Source of the DNA: Picochlorum sp. SENEW3
Lineage: Eukaryota
Direction: 5' to 3'
NCBI GenBank assembly: GCA_034226945.1
Contig: CP120456.1
Coordinates: forward strand, 992,001-1,056,000
DNA length: 64,000 nt
Part shown: piece by piece, positions 35,501-48,182 of the stretch
Layout of the letters: the number at the start of each line of letters is the position of its first letter
Numbering within the stretch: position 1 is the first letter of the stretch
Notes under the pieces: generated by a model
Databases searched by the model: none
The model's input: only the letters and a program-made list of their open reading frames with translations
Told to the model about the DNA's origin: nothing
Made by a program: the position numbers and the translations under genes

Positions 35501-37680
35501 TCTTTCTGCACGGGTGCAGCATCTTTATGGGGCAATTTCCGATGATGCTCATGATGACTGGCTTATGGTCTGATACTATTCCGTGGCTGTGGATCTCTAT
35601 CGTTTTGATAGGTTGTGTGATATATCTGGTCATGTCTGACGAGGCATAGAAGCGGTCCAGGCGGCTATGAATAGTTCCTTCCATGGTTCCATGGTGTTGT
35701 GTGTACATGTGTTTCTGTCTCAGTGTCTCCTGTTGGCATTCTGTGATCGAGTTCCCTACAGTTTCTTTCCAGTACCTGATGAGGTATTGTTCTTGTTTGT
35801 TGTTGATTCTCTTTGTGGAGGTGGTATCCAGTGTCTGGTCTTCAACAAAATTCCAGTCTCCAGCATAAATGATTCCCTGTGTTCTCTGTGTATCTTTCTT
35901 GATGTGGTTGATCAGAGCCGTGCTGATCGTCCAGTGGTTGGAGGTGGAGGTGGTAGGCATATACACATTTCCTATTCTTAGTTTATGTCCCGACCAGTCC
36001 AGTGAAAGACTGATCATGCGGCCCATGCCTTTCCTTGTCACTGTGCTGGGGTGGAGGTGAATTGGTGCTCTGCCTTGCCGATAGGTTCGGATCCAAATTG
36101 CTGTACCTCGAGCTCTGCCGTGTTGGCGATCATTGTGCCAAAATGTTTTCCATTCTGCTTGTGTGTTTCTATCGAGTAGGTCTGTAAAGTTGTGTTCGTC
36201 TGTGTTTCCTTTGAGATGGGTTTCCTGTATCAGGGCAATATCAATCCTGTGATCTTCTAACAGCTTCATCATGGCACTGTATTTGTTTGGGGTCAAGCCT
36301 CTTACGTTGAATGTCATGAAGTTCAAGCCGTTCATCATCATGGATAATGATTTACTTGCGGATGGCATGCGCCTTCTTCTGAGGCGATGCCGTTGGTGAG
36401 GGGCCTGTGGCTAGCTTCTTTTTTGGTGAGCCTTGCTGCTCCCTCTTTTTGGTCGAGGCTCTTGTGATCCTCCTCTGGCTCTCCTCCCCTATCAGGTCCT
36501 GCAGATTGTTGTGTGCTTCTTCAGAGTTGTCCAGGCCTGACGTCGCTGTGTTGCTCGCCACAGTGCGTGTCTCTGCAGACACCACATCCTCTGAGTCCTC
36601 TGTGTTGCCGGCTTCCCTTGGTCCCTCTTCCCTCTGTGTCATAAGCTTCATTCGTTCCATCCTGTTGGTTGGCGGCGGTGTGCTGTGGGTCGACAAGGTT
36701 GTCGTGTTCTTCGGTGTTGGGTGCCTCCTGTTGGTCCTCCTCCATCTGTTGTGCTGGCTGGGGTGCTGATGTGTCCTGTGTTTCTGTGTGTGCTTCTTGT
36801 GTCTGGTTTACTTGGGCTGCGAATTCCTCGCTTGTGATGTTCACGAAATCGTCGGTTTGGATTTCGTTGTTCTCCACCATGGCGGCATACTGTACTTCTC
36901 TCACTGGGTAGTTGGCCAGGGTTGGTACTGTGTCCAATGAGACATGTGGGCGGCGGGGTCTGAGTACCTGCCACTCCAGTGCAGGTCCTGTTGGGCCCAC
37001 TGGGATGGTGCCATTCTGTCCTGGCCTGTTGTCCTTGTAGGTGATGAGCCATTCTGTTGCATGGAGGTATTCTGGCATTTCTCCGGCGTTCCTCGTATGG
37101 CTGCGAGGTGCGCATGTCATTATCTCCGCTTCTTTCGAGATGTTACCTTTGTTTGCCAAGTGTTGCATGATACTTCCCAAGAACTGTTGAAGCAGCTCCG
37201 GTGTCGAGTTGGGACACCCCGTAAGATGGCTTGTTGCGTCTGTGTCTGAGTTTCATACTGTACAGTCACCGGGAACTGTTTGTCTTCATGTTCAAAGAAC
37301 ATCCAGGACCCGTCATTGACGATTTTTCCGAAATGTGGCTGAAATTCCCGCAGCACCCACATATTCCAGAAAATCCTCAGTGTCTTTGTTTTGGTGGCAT
37401 AGTGGTGGCCGATCTTCTCCTCCGTGAACATCATCTTGTGGGGATCTTCAATGTTATCTTGCAATAAAGGTTGATTTCCGTAGGCTTGCAACCCTTGTTC
37501 GAGGTGCAAGATGATGGATCGGTCGATTCGCAATTTCAAATTTTGAATGTACGAACGTTCCGGTTCTCCATTCTCGCACTGCAGGGTGGTGGTGAAAGTC
37601 ACTCTTGCTGACTTTGTTGCTTTTTCTGCTTCTCGCAGAGCCTCCATAAAGTTCTGGAGGTTGGCGACAGCCGTGGCCAT
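32563..37680 (-). mobile_element. L1/Tx1-like LINE-C, full ORF1 + ORF2 with several frameshifts
   Basis: ORF1 about 36352-37680 and ORF2 about 32563-36341. Motifs NVRGL, IQETH, GDWN, RLDRFY, SDH, GLRQGCPASP, QFADD and CACGH are spread over successive frames. Confidence 0.9.
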
Positions 37681-37725
37681 CGTCGCAGGTTGCCTCTCGA
37701 TGAGGAGTATGAGCTTCTCGTTATG

Positions 37726-37804
37726 TTCAGAAACACTACGATCTTTGATCAATTATTGTTTATATACAGGAAAAATTTTAAATTTCGTTAGGTAAATCGC
37801 ATTA
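37726..37804. repeat. 79-bp repeat, exact inverted copy of 417-495
   Basis: Direct base-by-base comparison. Confidence 0.95.
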
Positions 37805-38293
37805 AAACGAATTTAGATTAAAATGAGCACATATTCTGGGGAGTAGCCAACGAAAATTGAATAAAAGTTCCAATTTTTTTGGCAATTCCCCTGCTTGACA
37901 GTCTTTGCCTATCCAGCAACCCTTTTGACCGATGATATTGATCGACTCATTGATCTTCTTCTTTTCCCATCAAATGTCCCTCTTGACAGGCAAATCGACT
38001 GCGACTTGCGAGTCATAAACTGCTGACTGGGGTTGCCCCTGAGCATGCTACACATCCATACCCTGCCACTCAATGATCCAGAGGATTCACAGAGCTCAAA
38101 TCTCTTAGATCCTGTATGAAATGCCCTTGTTAGGTCAACCAGAACAGAGGCTGACGAAAATTGAATAAAAGAAACAAGGCATTTGAAGCTGACCAACGAA
38201 ATTTGATTAATATGAAGGGGCAAAATTTCCTCGCGCTTCGCACGACGAAATTCAATATTTTAATCAATAAAACGAAATTAAAAAATTTTCCTG
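37767..38293. mobile_element. Tc1/mariner-type MITE, 527 bp
   Basis: TIRs CAGGAAAAATTTTAAATTTCGTT and CAGGAAAATTTTTTAATTTCGTT (21/23), flanked by TATATA on both sides. Confidence 0.78.
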
Positions 38294-38309
38294 TATATAC
38301 GTATAATTA

Positions 38310-39742
38310 CAGCAGTCCGAAAAAAGATAACCCAAATTCACCGGGAACGCCTTCATGAAGTGGAGGTATTTCATTTTTGTGATCACTCAACGCGCCATAT
38401 CTCCCTACCCAGCGAGAATTAGACCCTCTAGTCTCTGCCACAGGCCTCTACAGGCTCCAATCTATCCATCCGTTCCCAGAAATGGACATTCCATGAGATT
38501 TCAACAATTGCATCCTGTCTGGTTCAGTCAGACATCACCAGATGTGGTGATGCATCATGAAACCGGTACATCTCTGTATTGATCATTCTTTTATTGATTT
38601 AAATGGTCTAAAAGTCAAGATACACTATCTAGATCGCTCATACATAGTTCTGGAGGTGATTTTCTCTGTGCTGCATTTTCAAAATTCTGGTGGCATTTTC
38701 AAATGGCATCTGCGAAGATGAGGCGCAGTGAATCTGATTCACGTCGCAAGAATATATATAAAAAGCAAGATAATCTGTTATAGAAGATTCGAAGACTTGG
38801 CAGGAATTATATGATGAGGAAGAGAGAAATGAGATCTGTTTCATGCAAAACAAAGGCACGTGGTCTACCATTGATATTATTATGGTCCAGTGGTTCAAAA
38901 AGCATTTCATTCCACGTGTTCATGTGGCACAAGCAAAGAGGCGATCATAAGAAGAAATCGTATCCAATAAATATGTCGTTAGAAAAGAAGAGGAGGGATG
39001 TAGATGAGTCCAACCCACTGGTGGACAATACTTCAAGGGAAAATTCAGCTGCTTTTCAATTGAAGGCTGTTGTGATCGAGGGGGTCATAAATACATACAA
39101 GGTAATTCCAGAAATACAAATTGAATAAGGATGGACAAAGGCTGGCAAGTATGTATAGGAGGATAATGACAAGCCTCATGATGGTTCTGGCTATTACTTA
39201 GCATGGGCACCCAAATTGATGCTAAAACTCGATATGCCGCAGGAACATTGTTTCACCAAAGGTATGAGTGGTGGTATATCGGGCATTATAGGGAATTTAC
39301 GATTCATTCCCAAGGCTGGAAGGAAGAAGAAACAGACCAAAGAGAAAGGTAGACCTGGATCCTGAAGCTATGGAGGAAAGCGTTGAAGAGATTGAGGCAC
39401 CCACTCAACAGTTTTCAGAATATGTTACTCGGACTGTGTCCAGATGAATTCTTTGATGAAGAGGCCGCTTATGATGTGATAGTTGACCCCATTTCTGATT
39501 GAAGCACTTGACTGGTAGGGGGTTGGTGGGCCCATATGGCATCTCACACCCAATGACGGCCCCATATCGACTCGAAATCACTGAAATCGATATAAGATCC
39601 CATCGTATGACTTCTACTGGGTCTACCTCGTTAAGAAACCTACGATTTGATGCAAATAAAGGAATTTTGTGATTTGGGTTATTTCATTTTGGACCACCGG
39701 CACCACCAATAAAAACCAGAGGTATCTTTTCTCGGACTACTG
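38310..39742 (+). mobile_element. Degenerate pogo-like DNA transposon
   Basis: TA-flanked TIRs CAGCAGTCCGAAAAAAGATA and CAGTAGTCCGAGAAAAGATA (18/20). An inner TIR-like copy lies near 39669-39695. Relic peptides DVVMHHETG and NKGTWSTID..WFKKHFIP. Confidence 0.78.
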
Positions 39743-39802
39743 TATATATAAGGGCGGATCAACTCGATTGTGGGATTTCTAGTGCAATGGGACATACGAT
39801 AC

Positions 39803-39952
39803 GGCCCTCCCAGATAGATCTCGCAGGGCCGGATTTGGACCCTCCAAAATCGGCCATTCTGAGCCCCCCAAATGAGGCCCTCCCAGCTGCAGCCGGGAAT
39901 GCCTCATTTCCGCCAACGCCAAAATCGGCCCAAATGAGGGCCTCCCGGATAG
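39803..39952. repeat. GC-rich spacer module with internal direct repeats; inverted copy at 53319-53407
   Basis: CCTCCCAGATAGATCTCGCAGG.CCGGATTTGGACCCTCCAAAATCGGCCATT.TGAGCCCCCCAAATGAGG shared. AAAATCGGCC and CAAATGAGG.CCTCCC each occur twice. Confidence 0.88.
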
Positions 39953-40217
39953 GGAGTTCAAATTTCGAATCGCGGGTAAAATATCCGTACGCTGCAAAGC
40001 ATCGCGACAGATAGATATTATCGGTGATTACTATCATATACTGTACCGCCGCTAACTCTTCGTGATTTCAGGATTTTCCCTCCTTTTCTTGTCCTGCAAA
40101 GTTTTCGAGTGCCAAAATTGGATTTCTCGCCGATCTGAGGTGGAAACAGTGTGCAATAGATTACAATAGATGTAAATAAACCCCTTAGATGCTGTAGACG
40201 TCCAAAGATAGACGTGG

Positions 40218-42164
40218 TTATGATCGATTGCTTGATCTGGTTCCAGACCTCCTTCCCCTGGGATGATTGGATGGGTCATAGGCATGGTCTCCTTCTGATG
40301 GCTCTTCATTCTGGCTCTCATCGTCTGTATCATGTATAGAATACTCGATTTCATCCTCGCTTGTTGTATCTTTGTCCTCAAGCACTTGGAGTGGTGCATC
40401 ACAAGGCACAGCATCCGGGAAGACATTGACTCTGTTTGTCTCTGGGTCCATCGGGAAAAGAAGGCCATTCTCAAACAATCTCAGGGCTTCTTCTTGAACT
40501 TCAATATCCCAAGCATCTAATATAGTGCAATCGAGCCAAGCTTTCTGGACTAGACTTGTCTCGATCTGCTGCCATGCTTTATAGGTGCAGTCAATGGCAT
40601 CCTCTCTTTTCACCTTGGGTTTTGTGCTCTTTTCGATCTGCACAATCTGTTCAGCCAGTCTATCGTCCTGTGCGCTCTTTGATATCAAATCTGCAATCTT
40701 CTTGCCATATTCAAAGCTGTACACCGCTTTAGTTTTGGTCTTGAGAGCTGAATTGATAGACACATCGAGAGGCTGAAGCTTGTGTGTCATGTTCGGAGGC
40801 AGGAATCTTAGTTTCACTTTCCCTTTAAATTTCTCTTCCACTGCGCTTTTAAACTCTGCGGTTGTATGCACTTTCCAGTTGTCTAGGAGAAGCAAAAGTT
40901 GATTGCATGTTGGCTCACCTTTGGCTCTTTTCTCTGCCCACCTTTTTTCAGCATGAGGCAAGATGACATGTTCTATTAAATCCAAGTTGCTATCTGGTGT
41001 CGACCAATGCGTGTCTGTTTGATTGTATATACATCCTGGGTATTTTTCTTTTAGGTTTCTGAAGTTTGTTTGACTGTCTGGAATTGACCTGAAGCATTTC
41101 TTCATGGTCCTTTTATCAAACTCTGTACCCTGGAAAATGAACTGGAGTGGGAGCTTCGCACCAGATGCTGAGACAACAGGCACAAGAGTGAGCTGGTTTT
41201 TCTCTGGTTTCTGTTTCACAACAACATTCCTTGAACCTTTCTTCGCCTTTGTTCTTTTGGACCGAGCAGTGAGTGGACATCCTGTTTGGTCCATGTTGTA
41301 AACGTCTTCTTTTGAGTAGCCTCTTGTTTTGACTATGTATGCCATCTGATACTTGAATCTAACCATTTGCTCTTTCCAGTCATCCGGTTCTTTGTATGTT
41401 TCTTGAGTTTTGCTTCTCATGGATAAGCCCAGTTGTCTGCATAAATCATTTACCCAAGTCCTGCTCACCTTGAAACTTCCATCATCTAGTTTGCCACCCT
41501 CCCCATGTTTCCTGATCAATGCCTGTATTTGAGGTATCAACGTAGTAGAATTCACTGTTTCAGACAAAACATGAGTGCTTAAGCCGGTTGAATTATGCTC
41601 CTCTGGCAGCAAATCTTTAATATGCTGAACAATAGCCTCCCTTGTCTCAGGTTTCAGGACACACTGTCTCCCAGGCCTTCTGCCAACCTTCTCCTTTGCT
41701 TTAATCCAAGAGCGTACATTTGCTTCATTTAAGTTTCTATAGTATTTAGGAAATGCACCCCCATTGATCGATCCACGATGCTTAGCAAAATATTTGACAG
41801 TGGCTGCTACAGGATTTTTGGTTGCCTTGCCCTTGAAGTCCTGAAGCTTTTCAAGGATCACTTTCTTGTCGGTCAATGTCCACTTTATATATTGTTTCTT
41901 CTGAAAGACTTGTGCCTCATCAATATTCTGATCTATCGCAGCCAGTGCATCCTGTAAAGGATCTTGCACATTCAAATTTTCTACTTCCTGAGCCAAAGCT
42001 TCCGCGTCACTTCTCTTCTTCTTTGGCCGGCCTCTTTTCCTCGAGCAATCTGACACAATTTCACGTTTATTAGTATTATTCTTTGATGCATTGCGTAACA
42101 TAGCAAGTGCCCTTTCGGCTGCAGTAGGAGCCGTTCGTTGTTGCTGTCGTTGTGAGTCAACCAT
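40218..42164 (-). CDS. pogo/Tigger-family DDE_1 transposase, intact ORF
   Basis: Motifs FKVSRTWV, VYNMDQTG, ASGAKLP, LLLLDNWKVH, FLPPNMTHKLQPLDVSIN. No TIRs located. Confidence 0.92.
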   Translation of the reverse strand: MVDSQRQQQRTAPTAAERALAMLRNASKNNTNKREIVSDCSRKRGRPKKKRSDAEALAQEVENLNVQDPLQDALAAIDQNIDEAQVFQKKQYIKWTLTDKKVILEKLQDFKGKATKNPVAATVKYFAKHRGSINGGAFPKYYRNLNEANVRSWIKAKEKVGRRPGRQCVLKPETREAIVQHIKDLLPEEHNSTGLSTHVLSETVNSTTLIPQIQALIRKHGEGGKLDDGSFKVSRTWVNDLCRQLGLSMRSKTQETYKEPDDWKEQMVRFKYQMAYIVKTRGYSKEDVYNMDQTGCPLTARSKRTKAKKGSRNVVVKQKPEKNQLTLVPVVSASGAKLPLQFIFQGTEFDKRTMKKCFRSIPDSQTNFRNLKEKYPGCIYNQTDTHWSTPDSNLDLIEHVILPHAEKRWAEKRAKGEPTCNQLLLLLDNWKVHTTAEFKSAVEEKFKGKVKLRFLPPNMTHKLQPLDVSINSALKTKTKAVYSFEYGKKIADLISKSAQDDRLAEQIVQIEKSTKPKVKREDAIDCTYKAWQQIETSLVQKAWLDCTILDAWDIEVQEEALRLFENGLLFPMDPETNRVNVFPDAVPCDAPLQVLEDKDTTSEDEIEYSIHDTDDESQNEEPSEGDHAYDPSNHPRGRRSGTRSSNRS

Positions 42165-43342
42165 CGCTATCTTTAGCCTTTTCTATACCGCTTGCGCTAT
42201 TATTACATTTCAATGATCTCAATATTCATTTATAATAATCTTCAAGTGCGATTTGGATGAGACAATTGCGCAATCAAGGCTATGCGCCGATGTCAGAAAT
42301 TCAAAATTCAAGTGATGCAGTTTCTCCTGCCATCTGGACGGTCTCAGCCAGTTTTGTGAGGAAGGAGCCGAGCGAGGGACCCCCGCTGCACATTTAAAGC
42401 TCCATTGGGCCACTACAGCACATGTGCACTTACAGAAAGGATGGCAGTCCCCTTGATTTTGGGTCGCTGATTTCGTCGCGCACAGGGCGTTATATATTCC
42501 CGCTCGTATATATTATTGATCAGTATTACAAATAGAGTATCTCGTGAAAATTTGACGCCAAATGGTTCGCGCAATCGGGAGTTCGCCTCTCGGAGGGATG
42601 TGCAGATGCGCTTGAAACTGAGCGTCTAAAAGGTGTGCTCTCGGCGCAACAACGCCGTTCCCAGGACACAATATCAACTTTTAAGTATAAATGCAACTTT
42701 TTAGAGCGGTGGGGATGTATGAAACGGTCGCAGTACGGAGGATCGAGTCTTGATCATTTGGGTCTCTTTAAGTGCCTGCAGCGGATTTGCCCCAAATTTT
42801 CGCAGCCGGATTGTATTTAATATATCTAATTACGACAGATCGTTGCTCGCCCCCTCCGGGGCTGCTCGATTTTTTAATTCTTTTTACACGATACTTTACA
42901 ATTCGATTGATTCATTGCTTTTCCACCAATGATCACCCCTTGTTGTGCCACTGTAGGCACTGGGGCGACCATTGGGGAAAAACCGTTAACCGTCTGTTGC
43001 CAGACGGCGAGTCCTCTCCATGCCACGTCTATTCACACCTGCACCACACATACTTGTCAGTTCTTACCTTTATTAATTGTTTGGCGACGTGATTGGAGGG
43101 ACTCTATACCTGCAGGCACATATACAAGGGTGGTCGTTAGTGATGGAAGGTCGTTGGTCACGCTGCGAGCGAGCCGCTCTGCTACGAATTTGGAACTTAC
43201 ATGAGAGTAAATTGTTCATTTATTGATATTGTATCATTCTGAGGCTGTATGGGCAGTGCTAAATATTTGCTTGGAAAAAACTATACCCGTCCAACCCAAC
43301 CGCCCGGCTCACTTGTGCATCTCCAGGGTGCCATGATGTGGG

Positions 43343-44621
43343 TCAATTCTCTTTGTCTTGTGCATCCTCGAGAGGCCTCCGTCGCCTGGATGTCCCTGTG
43401 ATGTATGTTTTAGCGTATTCGTTGCCGTAATCCTGCGTTCGTCGCTGCTTCACACCACGCTTTGCCCCTGGACGTCTGCTCTTCAGTTGCTCCACCTCCT
43501 TCTGGAGTTCGGCCATCTGTTTCTTGAGGATATCCCTTTCTGTCTTCGCATCCTCGTATAATTTGTCTTTCTTTTCCATTGATCGCTTTGGCTCATTGTA
43601 CTTTTCCTGGACATGTTTGACACTGTCCAGTGCTTGCTTGTGTATTTGTTCAGACATGAGAGCTTTAGCCTTCCCGTCGAATTCAGGATGTTCTTCTTTG
43701 ACTTTGTGCAGATCGTCGACGATGAGCGAATTTATCTCATTTCCAGAATTTTTCGTGGCCCCTGTAAAGATGAAGGAATACTTGTCCCGAGAATACCATG
43801 CAGGAGCTTTTGTAACACGAAGGGTCTCAGATGCTGCAAGTTCTCTTGGGTGGAAAACCTCTTGTCGCCTTCTGCCGCATGGTTCAGTCCATCTAGATAC
43901 TCTCCAATGCAATCGATAAGATATCTCCCAAATTGAAGGTACCAGTGACGATCTGCATCCATGTTTTTTCGGACACCGTCTCTGACATGTCTGTTGTGAT
44001 TATTCCGGTGATTTGGCTTCAGGTATGCCATGAGTTTATCCCCTGTGTATGATGCCGAAACCTTGGCCAGTTCTCCACATTCTAGCATGACTTTTTCTTT
44101 GCATACTTCAAAAGGAGTTCATGCGCTATGGGCATGCCTTTTTTCTGTGGCATGTATGCTTGGCATTGTTCAAAGTCACCATTGACAGGAGCCCTGGCCC
44201 AGTACTTCATGCAGGCCTCGCGGGCGTGCTTCTGTATATGCTTGTCCTCAACAAACAGAGACTCCGAGTTGTCATCGATTGAAATCTCGCTACTCTCGTC
44301 AATATCTACGGGAGAAGAGTTGGCAACTTCACCAGGAGGGTCTGCCTCGCACCAGTGTAAAAGATGTGTGACGTCGGGTTTCAGACAATGTGGGCTAACT
44401 CGTACTCCAAAATGCTCTATAATGATATCATTTCTAATGCCCTCTCGCTCTCTGAATGCAGTTGTCTGCTCATAGAGTTCATCGTCAGTCAACCCTGCTT
44501 CGGTGGCCTGGAGTTCCAAGCACGGCCCTTCCCCGGATTTATGCTTTATTCGTACTCTAGGCATAAGTTTTCGAACACAATGTGCATTATACGACTGCAA
44601 AGACTGACTGTCAGCGTGCAA
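43343..44621 (-). CDS. Accessory protein of about 425 aa with C-terminal coiled coil, two homopolymer frameshifts
   Basis: ORFs 44082..44621, 43732..44088 and 43343..43912 join if one A is added near 44099 and one near 43863. Confidence 0.65.
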
Positions 44622-44764
44622 TTGATAGACAATTGAAAGTCAGATTTTGAATTTCAAATTTTTGGCTTGCGAACAATTGCGACGGACGAGGGGCTCATAT
44701 GCTCTAAATTTTACTCTCACGATTACAAATCGTAATATAGTATATACATTTATGATATACCACA

Positions 44765-47700
44765 ATGGACGGTGTTGAAACGCAACGAAACCCCGAGCAA
44801 GGATCTCAAAGGTCAAAACGGAGGAGGGTAGCACGCAAGAAAATAACAGAGCTATGGAATGACTTTTACCAAGCGTGTCTTCGTCTCAAAGCCCCATATG
44901 GACCCATGGTAGACTCGTTGCATGCAGAAAGCGAGCAGAGACATTGCAGGGTATACTGTCCATACGGGGAGACGTGTGGATATTCTGGGAAGCCACTGTG
45001 CTTCGAAAATATGCTGTTCATGGACGTCACCGGAGATGTAGACAGGAGAAAAGTGCTTGATCACGTGCGTAACAAACATCCACATATTGCAGCGAGGTTT
45101 GGTGTGGAGAAGAAAGGGGAGGGCCACCCAAGGAGTCTTGAAGATGATGCCATAGTCCAACTAGATCCACATGTGTCCACTACTCTCCTCCCTTATGACC
45201 GAGACGAAGTTCTAACCATTCGCTCCTGTGAAGATTCTGATGAAGCAGTGGAATCATCCGATGAGGGCAGCGTGTGCACCGAGGTGAGGAGACACATGTC
45301 ATGCTTCCTGATTCTGGTTCTTGTTGTTCTGAAGAGTGAAAGCTATCTTCCTGCAGGACCTTGAGGACAGCGACGCTTCGAGTGATGAGCATGAGCCAAA
45401 TGTTGAGAATGCACCTGGTGAACGCTTTCGGTGCACTCAGGGGTCGCATTTCCAAACCTTTCTAATGGCAATGTTGGGTAAGGAACGTGGTGATGGGCTG
45501 GATCAGCCACAAGAAGATGAAGACGAGGAAGACGAGGCACCCTGCACTTTGCTTCAGCTCACATCTGCGCTCCTCGAAATAGAACTAAAGCATGCTGTAT
45601 CAAAAGAGCTCATGCAGGATATCTTGAGCGTAGTTCGGATGGGGAGGAGCAACCGTGACAGGATGATCATTCCACCATCCATCCACCTTCTGAGGAAGGC
45701 CATGGATGTTCCAGACCTTCAGGCTGTCGAATACCATAAGTGTCCCTGCGGATACATCTACAATAATGTCGTCCCGTTCAAAGATAGGGACATGGGTGAA
45801 GAATGTGGAGCAGGGTGTGGTAGGAAGAGGTTCACGGCAGACAGGGGTGGGAGCCCAAGACCCATGCAGCACTTTTATTACTTTGGGGTCCGAGACTGTA
45901 TGCAGAGTCTGTTCGCTTCGCGCAAATTTCGAGAATCAAGAAACAGAAGCATCGAAAGCGGTCGCGCAGGAAACACGGTGTACACATCCGAGTGGTTCAA
46001 ATGGATCAAGGAGAGGGAAAGCACAGCAGGCGACGACACGACTAGTATCTGGTCGATCGGCGTGGATGGATCCCAGCCTTTTGGAAGGAAAGCACATTCT
46101 TGTACTCTGATTGTATTAAAGTGTGAAGATATGGTCCCTGAAGGCCGATATCTCAGCTGCAACACCAGATTATTGGGAATTATCCCAGGCCCAAAAGAAC
46201 CCAAAAAACCTCAACCCCTTCTTATGTTTTATTGGTGAAGAGTTTGAGCGCCTCCGCTCATCTCCTATGGAATATCAATATGATGGAGTGGACGAAGATG
46301 GTCATGTGGTGAGACATTCTGGAGTTCATCGACCCATACTGGGATTCATTCATGCAGATGCTAAGGCCAGAGAAAAAATCCACATGTGTGCTCCGGGGAA
46401 CGCCATCAAAGGGTGCTACTTTTGCTGGCAGCGGGCCTCAGAAGCCATAACTAGCAGAAACGGCAAATCATACAAGAGAAGACTACTCACAGGCTACGAG
46501 GAGGAGGATCCTGTCACACATATCAATGGAATCACCAAGGAAGAGTTCCAGTTGTCCCGCTGTGACGATGATGCAATTCAGCAGCAGTCCGTGATTGGAC
46601 ACGCTGACCTGGAAGATATATTGAATATTATGAAAACTGTGATGCCCCATGGCATATACGACGGATCGAGCACGCAAGAATGGCAGGATCGGCTTGGGAT
46701 TCATGACTATGCAAAAGTGTTTCATGCCGTGCCTACGTTGCACGTCAAGCACGGGATACCAGCTCCTCTATACCATCTGATTCTCTTAGGCATAACGAAA
46801 AACTTTATCAAATACTTGTGGGATGGCCACGGCAACAAGAAAACCAGTGATCCCGATAGCAGGAGTATGAGAGTCTACAGCAAGAAGACCGTCAAGAAAT
46901 TGGAGAGAGGAATTACTCTGAACAACTCGTTCAATCGTCCATACTCGCCATTAGAGCACTGCTACTCTTGGATTTGCGAAGAAGTCAAAGTTTTTGTAGA
47001 AGTACATTCATGTGCCCTGTTCAACGAGGAGGTGACCGGTGTTTCTGTGCTCACACCCAAGGCCATGGAAGCTTGGGCACATTTGAGGCAGTTTGTCATG
47101 CATCACCTGAGCCACGCTGAAGCCGCCCGGCTCGAGCCATCTCAAGCCCTCTGGCATCTACACCAGTTCTCAAGGATATGTCAGGAAGAGAAGGCATACG
47201 AATTGCTGACGCCCAACCTCCATACAGCCAACTGCCTCCTGCATCACCAGGAGGCCTTCGTGGGCCCACTGCACCAGTTGTCAGAGCTGTGGGTTGAACG
47301 GGCTATGCGGGCCGTCTCCTCGACGAGTTGTATTAATACGCCTGAGGCAACATTAGCAAAACGGTATCTTATCAGATCGGCATTGGAGAAAGCCAAGCAC
47401 AAGATTGGGTCAGCCGACCAGAGTGCCATCCCAGTGTATGCCCCGAAGCAACACCGAAAGGCTGCGGGCACCATGTACGACGCCCATCCAAGCACCACGT
47501 ATGCTCTTCAAGGGAAAGGAGTAGAGCGGAGTACGACGAAATGCATCGAAGCTAGAGATGCATCGAAGCAGCAGAGGGATAAGCTGAGGGAGTCCATCGA
47601 GAAGAAGAAGTTGAACCTCATCAGAGAGTTTCACACAAAGCACCAGGACGAGAGACCGAGGGAGCCGCAGAGAGATATCAAATTGTACAGTCATTTTTCT

Positions 47701-48182
47701 TGCAACGTCTTGGTAGATGGCAAAGGCTGTTGTGTGAAAACATTCTATGACAGGCGTGATACGAAGAGGCGGTCACACTTTGTCTTGCTGAGGGACAAGG
47801 ATTCTGAGGCTCACCATGTTGGGGTGGTGTATGAATTTGTCCGCGTATTCAGTCCCCGGAATCCAGATGAAGTGGAACGATACGCGATTTGCGGGATATA
47901 TGAGACAGAAAAATGGATTACCATGGAACCACTGTGTACATGGTGAAGGAGTTCACAGGAGAGAGGCTGTGGAGGCATGACGAACGTGTGTTCAGCGTGC
48001 CGATCGACGATATCGTCTGCCAAGTTTCTAGTTTTCAAATGTCAAAAGATGGTTGGGAGGGAGAATGGCCCCACTACAAGCTTGTGGAGGACGGCCACAA
48101 GAAAGAAATGGACAAAATGCTTGCCTTCTTCCCAACCCGAGGTTCCACCTTCGCAGCAGCGGACAGTATCGATATCGAATGA
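44765..48182 (+). CDS. CACTA-type transposase with a 73-bp intron (45284-45356) and two A-run frameshifts (near 46205 and 47911)
   Basis: Motifs IGVDGSQPF, GIIPGPKEP, HADAKAR, GCYFC, YHLILLG, TPNLH, GPL...SELWVER. GAG|GTGAGG..CTGCAG|GAC intron keeps the frame. Confidence 0.85.

Noticed and set aside
417..37804. Single 37-kb giant transposon bounded by the 79-bp inverted repeat
   Set aside because: No TSD, and the right copy overlaps the end of a separate MITE.
42411..42426. CACTACAG as the left terminus of the CACTA element
   Set aside because: No matching right end. The perfect 18-bp TIR starts at 42427.
46195..46215. Programmed ribosomal frameshift at the A6 run
   Set aside because: Similar 1-bp homopolymer indels occur throughout the window in both directions, so sequencing error or mutation is simpler.
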